A DNA stretch of 50,030 nucleotides from Chloroflexota bacterium (GTDB lineage: Bacteria > Chloroflexota > Limnocylindria > Limnocylindrales > Limnocylindraceae), in the NCBI GenBank assembly GCA_026389555.1, contig JAPLHQ010000074.1:1-50030 (forward strand). Direction: 5' to 3'. The notes below the pieces were generated by a model, which was given only the letters and a program-made list of their open reading frames with translations, had not been told where the DNA came from and ran no database searches. Numbering within the stretch: position 1 is the stretch's first letter; every line of letters starts with the position of its first letter. Below, piece by piece: positions 1 through 8,426 of the stretch. Position numbers and translations under genes: made by a program.

Positions 1-1767
1 AACCGCCGCACGACGTCGGCGCGCCTGCTCCTTGCTCAGCTTCGCCACTGGCGCAGCCGCAACAGCCTTCTTGGCGACAGGTTTCACTACCGCAGGCGTC
101 CCTGCAGCCGCCTTCGGTGCCCTAGCGCCAGAGCGCCCCGCGGTCGCCACATCATCTGCGGAGGCGGCGGTCCAGCCGTTGGCAACAGCGGCACGCCAGG
201 CGCGCCACCCACCATCGAACCGAACCACTCGCCCATCGCTCACGATCCAAAGCTCCGTACAGATGCGCTCAAGAAGTCGTCGGTCGTGACTTACCAGCAA
301 CACCGTTCGCTCACCATCTAGGAGGAAGCGTTCAAGGGACTCACAGGCATCAACATCAAGATGGTTTGTCGGCTCATCGAGAAGGAGCAGATTGGATGGC
401 AGCAGCCCAAGAATCGCTAGCTCTAGTCGACTCCGTTCACCACCAGAGAGAACAGCGACCTGCTTATCAACGTCACTGCCACGGAAGAGGAAGCGCGCCA
501 GATGCGCACGCGCCTCGCCGAGTTCAACTGGTACCGCTGCGCGCAGTGCCTCAATCACCGTTGTCCCGTGCAACCCTGCCGCACGAACCTGTGCGAGATA
601 GCCAGGCACAACACCACCTGCAACCTGGATCTCTCCGCTGAGCGGCGGGAGGATCCCAGCGATGCTCTTGAGAAGCGTCGTCTTTCCAGCGCCATTCGGT
701 CCCACGATCCCAATGCGCTCTCCGCGGCGCAGCGCAATACTGCGCGCCGTGGCGATCGTGCGCGGCGCCGGCTCTCTGTATCCAACGACCGCCTCAACCA
801 GACGCACCGGCTCAGCTGGTCCGCGACCAGCACCAGCGGCGGAGATCGCCAGTGCTGCGCGACGCTTCGGCGCGACCACCGGCTCAATCGCCGCGAGGCG
901 CGCCTCATGCTCGTGCATCTTCCCGTACTTCCGGTGACTCCGATACGTCTGAATCAGCTCCTTCTCTCGCGCGATCTCTTTCGTCCTTCGCTCAGCATCT
1001 CGGTCTGCATCTTCCTCTTTTGCCTCTCGCTGCTGGGAGTACGCCGAGTAGTTCCCGCGGAATCGTGTGACTGTGTGATTCCGCACCTCCCAGACCCGAT
1101 CGACGACCGTATCGAGGAAGGCACGGTCGTGGCTCGCTACGACGAGCGCCCCTCTCCGTGCGCGAAGCGCACCTTCAAGCCACTCAATCGCCTCTACATC
1201 CAGGTGGTTCGTTGGCTCGTCGAGCAATAGCAAGTCTGGATCTGCGATCACCAGGCGCGCAAGGGCGACGCGCGTCTGCTCACCACCAGAGAGGAGCTTC
1301 GGCGACTCGCTGTGGCGCGCAGTTGGGAAGCCGAGGCCACGCAGTGCGGCGGCGACGCGATCATCAATCGTGTAACCCTCAAGCGCATCAAATCGCTGTC
1401 GAGCCGCCGCATACTCTGGGCTTGCCGCCCCACCGCCAATCTCAGCAGCGTGCAGTTCAGCTGCAATCCGGGTGATCTCCTCCGCCCCGCCGCGCACCGC
1501 CTCGGTGAGCGTTGCCGCCTCGAGCAGTTTCGGATCATGCGACGACTCTTGCGCGAGCACCTCAATCCGAACGCCGCGCGCGCGTTCCACCTTGCCGCCA
1601 TCCGGCTCCTCTCGGCCGACCATCATCCGCAGCAGCGTGGTCTTCCCTGCGCCGTTTGGGCCAACGAGTCCGATCCGCTCGCCAGCGGCAACGCTGACGC
1701 TCACGTCGCTCAGAATCGTGACGGCGCCAATCTCGCGGCCAATGCCGGTTAACGTCAGCAGGCTCAT
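1..1767 (-). CDS. ABC-F family ATPase (two ABC domains, Uup/YdiF-like), 3' end runs off the window
   Basis: Not in the ORF track because no stop is reached in the window. ATG at 1767 overlaps the mutM stop. Manual translation gives two in-frame Walker B regions, LLLDEPTNHLDVEAIEWLE (~1180-1230) and LLLDEPTNHLDVDACESLE (~335-390), followed by a low-complexity tail. Confidence 0.9.
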   Translation of the reverse strand, partial: MSLLTLTGIGREIGAVTILSDVSVSVAAGERIGLVGPNGAGKTTLLRMMVGREEPDGGKVERARGVRIEVLAQESSHDPKLLEAATLTEAVRGGAEEITRIAAELHAAEIGGGAASPEYAAARQRFDALEGYTIDDRVAAALRGLGFPTARHSESPKLLSGGEQTRVALARLVIADPDLLLLDEPTNHLDVEAIEWLEGALRARRGALVVASHDRAFLDTVVDRVWEVRNHTVTRFRGNYSAYSQQREAKEEDADRDAERRTKEIAREKELIQTYRSHRKYGKMHEHEARLAAIEPVVAPKRRAALAISAAGAGRGPAEPVRLVEAVVGYREPAPRTIATARSIALRRGERIGIVGPNGAGKTTLLKSIAGILPPLSGEIQVAGGVVPGYLAQVRAAGLHGTTVIEALRAAVPVELGEARAHLARFLFRGSDVDKQVAVLSGGERSRLELAILGLLPSNLLLLDEPTNHLDVDACESLERFLLDGERTVLLVSHDRRLLERICTELWIVSDGRVVRFDGGWRAWRAAVANGWTAASADDVATAGRSGARAPKAAAGTPAVVKPVAKKAVAAAPVAKLSKEQARRRRAAV

Positions 1768-2780
1768 ACGCTCGTACCGCTCCGTACCGCGCGTCGACGT
1801 GCTGCGGCGCGTTCGGCCGACGTTGCACCAACCGTTGCCGCCTGCAGTCCCTCACTCCAGCGTGGTCCCCGCCGTTCGAGTGCGCCTCCGCGCATCGTTG
1901 CCGCAGAGCCAGCCGCCCTCCGGCCGCGAGGGAGGGGTTGGCAGTGTGGGCAGTAGTGCGTCCCGCGACCACCGAGCGTCGCGCGACGAATCGGACGACC
2001 GCAGCGCACGCACGGTTCGCCACCACGCTGATAGACGGCGAGTCGCTCTTGCATGCTCCCGTCCCCATCTGGTCCCGTGTAGTCATCAATGGATGAGCCA
2101 CGTGCCGCGACCGCTTCGCTCAGCACACCCACAATCGCGGCGTGCAGTTGCTCAACCTCTGCTGGGCGCAAGGCTGCGGCAACGGCGAGCGGGTGGAGCT
2201 GCGCACGCCAGAGCGCCTCATCAACATAGATATTGCCGAGACCGGCAAGGAAGCGCTGATCAAGGAGGAGGCTCTTCAGCCGTCCCCGTCGCGGCGCAAG
2301 CATCGCCTGGAAGGCGGCGACGGTGAAGGTCACCTCCAGTGGCTCAGGTCCATGGTCACTGAGCGCCGCGTCGTCGGCGGGATCGAGCGAAGTTGCTGGG
2401 GCACCATCATCTCGCCGCGCAACAAGGGCGAGTCGACCGAAGGCGCGGACATCACGGAAGCGGATCTCACGCCCATCAGCCAGCGTCAAGATCGCCCGAA
2501 TATACGGATCAACCGGTGCAGCACCAGGAAGCACAAGCAACTGGCCGGTCATGCGCAGATGCACCATCAGGATAAGGCCACCTTCAAGATCAACCAGGAT
2601 CCACTTTGCTCTTCGTCGCACCCCTTCAATGCGTCGACCAGCGATCGCACGCGAGAAGGTGGTTGGATCTGGCGTGCTGAGATTTGCCGCGCGGATGATT
2701 CGGCTCGCGTTGACTCTCGCACCTGCGACCATCTTCGCAAGATCACGCGCAACCGTCTCAACCTCTGGGAGTTCAGGCAC
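1764..2780 (-). CDS. mutM: Formamidopyrimidine-DNA glycosylase/AP lyase (Fpg)
   Basis: Start set at GTG 2780 to give the N-terminal catalytic PELPEVE. Also HLRMTG, LLDQ..AGLGNIYVDE and the C-terminal zinc finger CVRC...CPHCQ. Confidence 0.96.
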   Translation of the reverse strand: MPELPEVETVARDLAKMVAGARVNASRIIRAANLSTPDPTTFSRAIAGRRIEGVRRRAKWILVDLEGGLILMVHLRMTGQLLVLPGAAPVDPYIRAILTLADGREIRFRDVRAFGRLALVARRDDGAPATSLDPADDAALSDHGPEPLEVTFTVAAFQAMLAPRRGRLKSLLLDQRFLAGLGNIYVDEALWRAQLHPLAVAAALRPAEVEQLHAAIVGVLSEAVAARGSSIDDYTGPDGDGSMQERLAVYQRGGEPCVRCGRPIRRATLGGRGTHYCPHCQPLPRGRRAAGSAATMRGGALERRGPRWSEGLQAATVGATSAERAAARRRAVRSGTSV

Positions 2781-5649
2781 GCCCGCTCCAACGTTGCATC
2801 TCGTCCCATCGGAGTCCTGTCTTCGCCTCCACGGTGAGCGGGACGTCGAGTGCGAGTGCCCCCTCCATCGTCTCAATCAGCAGCGGGATGAGCCGCTCAA
2901 CCTCACCCTCTGGTGCCTCAAGGAGGAGTTCGTCGTGCACCTGGAGGATGAGGCGTGCCTTCAGGCCCGCCGCGGCAAGTCGCGGCGTGAGGCGGATCAT
3001 GGCGATCTTGATGATGTCAGCCGCCGTCCCCTGAATCGGATGGTTGATTGCAGCGCGCTCCCCAGCCGCACGAAGTGCCGGGTTTGCGGCGCGAAGCTCT
3101 GGGATCGGGCGACGACGACCGAGCTGCGTGGTGACGGCGCCGTTTGCGCGCGCCTCCTCCTTAATCGTGTCGATATAGCGCTTGATCCCTGGGTAGCGCT
3201 CAAAGTATCCCGCGATAAACGTCTTCGCCGCATCGCGAGAGATCCCTGCACGTGTCGCAAGTCCAAAGTCACCCATTCCGTAAGCAATACCGAAGTTCAC
3301 CATCTTCGCCATCGCGCGCTCGTCGTCGTTCACCTCCTCTTGTGGCTTGCCAAGCACGCGCGAGGCGGTGGCACGATGGATATCCTCCCCCGCGGCAAAC
3401 GCCTCAATCAGGTGTGGGTCACGCGTCACATGCGCAAGGATGCGCAGCTCAATCTGGCTGTAGTCGGCGGCAACGAGCCTGTTCCCCTTCTCCGCGATGA
3501 AGGCGTGACGAATCTTTCGACCCAGTTCGGAGCGGATCGGGATGTTCTGGAGGTTCGGCTCAACGCTGCTCAAGCGTCCGGTTGCAGCGATCGCCTGCTG
3601 GAAGGTGGTGTGAATCCGACCATCCGCCTCAACGAGCTTCGGAAGCGCCTCAACATAGGTGCTCTGCAACTTTGAGACGGTGCGCCACTCCAGGGCAATA
3701 CCAACAAGCGGATGCTCCCCCTGGATCTCCTCCAAGACGCTCGCATCGGTTGACCACGCGCCCGTCTTCGTCTTCTTCCCACGCGAGAGGCCGAGCTCGC
3801 CGAAGAGGAGTTCGCCGAGCTGCTTCGGCGAGCCGAGCGCAACCGCGTGACCGACCGACTTCTCTGCCGCCGCCTCAAGGCGCGCAATCTCAAGCCGGAA
3901 GGCGTCGCCAAGCTGTGCAAGGGCCGCACTATCGACGGCGATTCCCGCCGCCTCCATCCGTGCAAGGACCTCAACGAGGGGGAGCTCGATCTCTCGATAG
4001 AGCCGCTCGGTTCCCGCCGTACGTAGCTCACCACCGATGCCAGCACGCGAAGCGAGTGCCACGAGTGCGCTGAGGGTTGCCACCTGTACGGGCGTCAGTC
4101 CCTCAGGGAGGTCGGCCCCCAGCCGAGATGCGGCAACCTCAACGAGTCCAGGGTTTCGCAGTGTGACGTTGCTGATCCAGGTGCCGAGCGCCACATCATC
4201 AACAAGGTGTGGCGCCTCATCGGCACCGATCGCGATCAGCGCGCCGAAGAGATCCTTGATGCCGAGTCCAACGAGCTCTCGACCGGAACGTGCGATCAGT
4301 GTCAGGAGCCGGTGCACAACGTTTGGATCTTCAGCAACGAGGAGTGCGCCACGCTCATCGGCAATCGCGAGTGCGATCGGTCCACGCGGACCACGCCGAT
4401 CGACGCCGTACCCCCCGAGTGAAAGGACTCCATCAGTTGAAAGCGTGCTGAAACGCTGCTCCCCTTCGCTCACGCTGTTGAGGTGCAGTGCCCCTGCGGC
4501 GGCAAGATCTCCACGCTTCAGCGCCTCAATCTGCGCGCTGAGTGCAACCTCAGCCTCGCCAGTTGATGAAGGGGCTACTGCTGCGGTCGGCGCCGCACGC
4601 CCCGCCGCGCTATTCCCCTCGCTCACCGAGTTGAAGTTGAAGCCGAGCTGCAGCTCGTCGCCCCCCGCCGTTCGCGGCGCAGCGGTCACCGGTGCCACAC
4701 GCTCTTTTGTTCCGCGCAACGCCGCACCCGCAGTTGCCGTCGCAATCGCTTGCGCCGCCGCTTCACGATCCTCTCCTTCGAGTGGTGGAAGCCGGCCGAT
4801 CAGTGCGCGGAATTCAAGTTCGCGAAGCAGTGCAAGAGCAAGCTCACGGTCGTAGCGACCGATCACTCCACCTTCGTCTGGTAGCTGCAGCGGAGCATCG
4901 CGATCAATTGTCATCAGCCCCTGGCCGGCAAAGGCGGCGTCGCGATTGGCGCGCAGCAGTTCGCGAATCCGTACCGGCTCAACCTCATCGAGCCGCTCAT
5001 AGAGTCCTGTCAGCGAGCCGAACGCTGCGATCAGTTTCGCCGCGGTCTTCTCTCCGACACCTGGCACGCCAGGAATATTGTCCGAGCTATCCCCCTTCAG
5101 CGACTTGAAGTCAACGATCTGCTCGGGTGTGAGGCCGTACCGCTCAAAGATCTTCGCGGGGTCATAGGTAACCATCGCATCGGCGCCACCCTTCGCCGTA
5201 TGGAGGAGTGAGACGTTTGGGCCAACGAGCTGCAACATGTCGAGGTCTCCAGAGACAATGAGCACCTCCCAGCCCTCACGTCGCGCCTGCTCAGCAATCG
5301 TTCCGATGACATCGTCCGCCTCATAGCCTGGCGCCTCAAGCAGCGGAAGGCCGAGCGCCGCAACCAGGTCACGAACGAGTGGCACCTGCGAGCGCAGCTC
5401 ATCTGGCATTGAGGGTCGTTGCGCCTTATATGCAGGGAATCGTTCGTGTCGGTGCGTGGCCCCTGGCGCATCAAAGGCGACGATCGCCCGCTCTGGGTGC
5501 GCGTCTGCAATCGCACGAAGGAGGATGCTGGTGAATCCGAACGCGGCATTTGTGAGGAGGCCCCGACTGTTCGTCAGGGGCGGGATCGCATGAAAGGCGC
5601 GATAGATCAGCCCATACGCATCAACGAGGAGGAGGCGTTTCGGTTGCAC
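2773..5649 (-). CDS. polA: DNA polymerase I
   Basis: 5'-3' exonuclease N-terminus (LLLVDAYGLIYRAFHA, EADD, GDSSDNIPGV). Polymerase motifs DYSQIELR, AKMVNFGIAYG and LQVHDEL. Confidence 0.97.
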   Translation of the reverse strand: MQPKRLLLVDAYGLIYRAFHAIPPLTNSRGLLTNAAFGFTSILLRAIADAHPERAIVAFDAPGATHRHERFPAYKAQRPSMPDELRSQVPLVRDLVAALGLPLLEAPGYEADDVIGTIAEQARREGWEVLIVSGDLDMLQLVGPNVSLLHTAKGGADAMVTYDPAKIFERYGLTPEQIVDFKSLKGDSSDNIPGVPGVGEKTAAKLIAAFGSLTGLYERLDEVEPVRIRELLRANRDAAFAGQGLMTIDRDAPLQLPDEGGVIGRYDRELALALLRELEFRALIGRLPPLEGEDREAAAQAIATATAGAALRGTKERVAPVTAAPRTAGGDELQLGFNFNSVSEGNSAAGRAAPTAAVAPSSTGEAEVALSAQIEALKRGDLAAAGALHLNSVSEGEQRFSTLSTDGVLSLGGYGVDRRGPRGPIALAIADERGALLVAEDPNVVHRLLTLIARSGRELVGLGIKDLFGALIAIGADEAPHLVDDVALGTWISNVTLRNPGLVEVAASRLGADLPEGLTPVQVATLSALVALASRAGIGGELRTAGTERLYREIELPLVEVLARMEAAGIAVDSAALAQLGDAFRLEIARLEAAAEKSVGHAVALGSPKQLGELLFGELGLSRGKKTKTGAWSTDASVLEEIQGEHPLVGIALEWRTVSKLQSTYVEALPKLVEADGRIHTTFQQAIAATGRLSSVEPNLQNIPIRSELGRKIRHAFIAEKGNRLVAADYSQIELRILAHVTRDPHLIEAFAAGEDIHRATASRVLGKPQEEVNDDERAMAKMVNFGIAYGMGDFGLATRAGISRDAAKTFIAGYFERYPGIKRYIDTIKEEARANGAVTTQLGRRRPIPELRAANPALRAAGERAAINHPIQGTAADIIKIAMIRLTPRLAAAGLKARLILQVHDELLLEAPEGEVERLIPLLIETMEGALALDVPLTVEAKTGLRWDEMQRWSGRA

Positions 5650-5718
5650 GATCGGAGCGTAGCGCAGGAGGAGCGTGGAGCAGGTGGCGCGCTGGCGCGC
5701 AGTTCGGCGCGCGGCGGG

Positions 5719-6231
5719 TTAGGCGTGGCGACGGCGGCGAGTTCGCTCAATCAGTAGGAGGCTAACGAGAAGGCCTGCGCCGCCAACGATCGTGAGCCAA
5801 GGGAGCCCCGCCGCTTCAAGCGGTTCAGCTGCCTCAAGGGGGTCGGCCACCTTCGCATCTGCGCTCGGTGCCTCTGTGGATCCCTCCGGTGTTGCCGCTC
5901 CCGCTGCTGGCGTTGACGCAACACTCAGCGGCGCCTGAAGTGCTGACTCCCCGCCGTCACCCATGCGGAGCGCGCCGCCAGTTGGGAGGGCGACGAGCAA
6001 GATGGCGAGAGAGAGCGCAGCACTCGCTAGTCCCGCACGCGGCGCGTTGATGATGAGTTGGACAATCTGACCGAAACGACCAGAGCGCTGATACTTCGCC
6101 CGCCGCTCAGTCTCGCTAGCAAGCGCAACCTGCAGCGTGGGGGCGGCGAACGGATCCCGCTGTCGGGTCGGTTCGCCCGCCCGATACGCATCGGCGTGCT
6201 CAGTTGCAGGGGGGCGGCGGTCGTTAATCAT
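5719..6231 (-). CDS. Hypothetical membrane protein, probable partner (anti-sigma-like) of the upstream ECF sigma factor
   Basis: Start overlaps the sigma gene end. Two hydrophobic segments, an Ala/Pro/Glu-rich linker and an Arg-rich C-terminal tail. Function inferred from position only. Confidence 0.6.
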   Translation of the reverse strand: MINDRRPPATEHADAYRAGEPTRQRDPFAAPTLQVALASETERRAKYQRSGRFGQIVQLIINAPRAGLASAALSLAILLVALPTGGALRMGDGGESALQAPLSVASTPAAGAATPEGSTEAPSADAKVADPLEAAEPLEAAGLPWLTIVGGAGLLVSLLLIERTRRRRHA

Positions 6232-6877
6232 CTCGCCCCCTCAACGCCTGGTCCTGGGGGTTGGTTCCCGGACGGAGGCCAGCGAGGAGGTGCCGAAGCT
6301 CCCCCCTCCCACGGCTGATACGACTCTTCACCGTTCCGACCGAGCAGCCCGTGATCTCGGCGATCTCGGCGTAGTCGTAGCCATCCACGTCATAGAGCAG
6401 GATCGCGGTGCGCCGCTCCTCAGGGATCTGCTCAAGTGCTGCGGCCAGCTCCGCCGCAAGCTCCCCTCGCTCCGCCGCAAGGACCGGATCGCTCGCCGCG
6501 CCGGCCTGGGGCTCGGCCACAGCGCCACGTTCATCCGAGCTGTCGGGCCCTTCACCGCTACGAATCGGGAGGGTTGGACGTCGTCGCTCACGCCGCAGGG
6601 CATCACGTGCGGCGTTCTGCACGATCCGCACAAACCAGCCACGCAGGTTGCGCGGCTCAACACGGTCGAGTGCGCGGTACGCAGAGATGAGCCCCTCCTG
6701 GAGCGCGTCATCCGCTCCCGCCGGTTCGCCAGTGATGCGCAGCGCCATCCTCCAGGCGAGGTCTAGGTCTGGGGTGAAGAGGGCACGGAAGGCCCCACTG
6801 TCGCCGCGACGTGCCGCCGCAAGCAGGCGCAACCGCTCCTGAGACTCGCCTGCCCCCTTCGTCAACCCCTCATCCAT
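6224..6877 (-). CDS. ECF (sigma-70 group 4) RNA polymerase sigma factor
   Basis: Region 2 (ADDALQEGLISAYR, WFVRIVQNAARD) and region 4 HTH (GYDYAEIAEITGCSVGTVKSRISRGR). Confidence 0.93.
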   Translation of the reverse strand: MDEGLTKGAGESQERLRLLAAARRGDSGAFRALFTPDLDLAWRMALRITGEPAGADDALQEGLISAYRALDRVEPRNLRGWFVRIVQNAARDALRRERRRPTLPIRSGEGPDSSDERGAVAEPQAGAASDPVLAAERGELAAELAAALEQIPEERRTAILLYDVDGYDYAEIAEITGCSVGTVKSRISRGRGELRHLLAGLRPGTNPQDQALRGRDD

Positions 6878-6913
6878 CCCCCTAACTATGCCGCACCGCT
6901 AGGATCAGGGGGC

Positions 6914-6999
6914 GCCGAAGTGGCGGAATGGCAGACGCAACCGACTCAAAATCGGTCGACTGAAAGGTCATGTGGGTTCGACTCCCACCTTCGGTACCA
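6914..6999 (+). tRNA. tRNA-Leu (anticodon CAA)
   Basis: Acceptor stem GCCGAAG/CTTCGGT, anticodon arm ACCGA-CTCAAAA-TCGGT, long variable arm, GTTCGAC T-loop, encoded CCA. Confidence 0.96.
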
Positions 7000-7026
7000 A
7001 CTCGCGACTCAGGCTACGATGGCGTG

Positions 7027-7112
7027 GCCGGAGTGGCGGAACGGCAGACGCATCCGACTTAAAATCGGCCGACCGAAAGGTCATGTGGGTTCGACTCCCA
7101 CCTTCGGCACCA
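7027..7112 (+). tRNA. tRNA-Leu (anticodon TAA)
   Basis: Acceptor stem GCCGGAG/CTTCGGC, anticodon loop CTTAAAA, long variable arm, T-loop, encoded CCA. Confidence 0.95.
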
Positions 7113-7125
7113 AAAGGGGGTTCAG

Positions 7126-7341
7126 TTGAGCAACGAGAGCACAACACCACGACCAGATCGCGCGACACTGATGCGCGAGCATGGCCAGGCGCGCGCCGAT
7201 CGCGCCGCCTTAACGCCGGGTTCTGCAGAGTGGCGTGCAGCTGCGGCCCGCGTTGCGGCGATTGAGGTTGAGCTCGCAAAGATCACCGCACTGAGTGTCC
7301 CGCCCGCGCGCGTTGCGCGACCTGAGGCGAAGGGGAAGTAG
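7126..7341 (+). CDS. Small hypothetical protein (helical, 71 aa; alternative start ATG 7171)
   Basis: AGGGGG SD-like element before the TTG. Fills the gap between the tRNA and the convergent menA. Amphipathic helical composition. Confidence 0.6.
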   Translation: MSNESTTPRPDRATLMREHGQARADRAALTPGSAEWRAAAARVAAIEVELAKITALSVPPARVARPEAKGK

Positions 7342-7353
7342 TGTCGCGCTCGG

Positions 7354-8379
7354 CTAGATGCCGAGCAGCGTCCCAAGAATCAACCCGACGAAGAGTGCCC
7401 CCATCGCTGGGCGTCCCGCAAGGAAGGCGGCGCCAACATGCCAGAGCGGCCAGAGCGGATAGCCCGGTGGCGGTGCAGCAGGTCGCGGAGCGGCAACGAT
7501 CTTCAACGCAGCCCGCGCAGAGAGTGCGCCGAGTCCGGCGAGTGGCGCAACAATCCAGGGGAAGATGCCGAGCGCGCCAAAGAGTGCAACGCAGATATAG
7601 CCACCGCTGAGGAGTGCCAGCGTTGCGGCGCGTGCCCGCTGCTCGCCAATCCGAACAACAAAGGTGCGAACACCTCGCGAACCGTCGGCTTCAATCTTGT
7701 CGAGATGCTTCCCAAAGAGCACCGCAGTCGCGATCATCCCCCACGGGAGTGTCGCAAGGAGTGCGGTGCCATCAATCGTTCCGGTCGCGGCAAGGTACGT
7801 CCCGCCACCCATCAGCGGACCCCACACAAGGAGGACGGAGAGCTCACCAAGGCCGCGACGCTTCAGGCGGAGCGGCGGATCGGTGTAACCCCACGAAAGG
7901 ATCAGGCCAGCAACTGCGAAGAGTCCGAGCATCAGGTCGGCACGCATCACCATTGTGAATCCGCCAAGCAGTGCCCCGAGGCCGGTAAGGATCGCGATGA
8001 CCGTAAGAAGCGTCCGGCTCGACATTGCACCAGAGGCGATCGGATGTGGCGAGTAGTCGGCACGTGGATAGCCGGGCCGGTCGAGCCCGTCCTTGTAGTC
8101 GCGCCAGTCGTTCGCAAGGTTGTTCGCCGCATGGGCAAGGTTGGCGCCGAGGAAGGCGGCGAGTCCGAGGAGGAGGCCGCTTACGCCAGTGGCGGTGTCG
8201 CTGATCGTGCCGCGCCACCAGGCGTAGAGGAGTCCCTGCCCTGCACCAACAATCGTGAGCGGCAGCACGGAGGCACGGGCGAGAAGAAGTGCACGAGCAA
8301 GAACTGGCATCGTGCGCCAATCAACGCCTTCAGGGGCGGACTGCCGGAGGAGGACGGAGGCGTACGTGCGAAGTGCCAT
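7354..8379 (-). CDS. menA: UbiA-family prenyltransferase, MenA-like (DHNA polyprenyltransferase)
   Basis: Multiple TM helices, NxxNDWRDYKDGLD Asp-rich motif, YTDPPLRLKRRGLGE and D..AD...GVRT. Confidence 0.8.
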   Translation of the reverse strand: MALRTYASVLLRQSAPEGVDWRTMPVLARALLLARASVLPLTIVGAGQGLLYAWWRGTISDTATGVSGLLLGLAAFLGANLAHAANNLANDWRDYKDGLDRPGYPRADYSPHPIASGAMSSRTLLTVIAILTGLGALLGGFTMVMRADLMLGLFAVAGLILSWGYTDPPLRLKRRGLGELSVLLVWGPLMGGGTYLAATGTIDGTALLATLPWGMIATAVLFGKHLDKIEADGSRGVRTFVVRIGEQRARAATLALLSGGYICVALFGALGIFPWIVAPLAGLGALSARAALKIVAAPRPAAPPPGYPLWPLWHVGAAFLAGRPAMGALFVGLILGTLLGI

Positions 8380-8426
8380 GGGGGCATTCTGCCGCGTTTC
8401 TGAAAAGTCTGCCCTATTCGATCACC

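Noticed and set aside
502-1230. 242-aa plus-strand ORF and other plus-strand ORFs in 1-1760
   Set aside because: Antisense shadows of the minus-strand ABC-F gene that the ORF track missed.
2323-3675. 450-aa plus-strand ORF, and similar long antisense ORFs such as 7438-8403, 10932-12098, 37017-37988 and 41990-42961
   Set aside because: Each lies opposite a well-supported gene and has no recognisable motif; long antisense frames are expected at high GC.
6914-7353. tRNA-Leu pair as an integration site or att duplication
   Set aside because: Both copies are complete tRNAs with different anticodons, and no integrase or foreign DNA is adjacent. The same holds for tRNA-Val.
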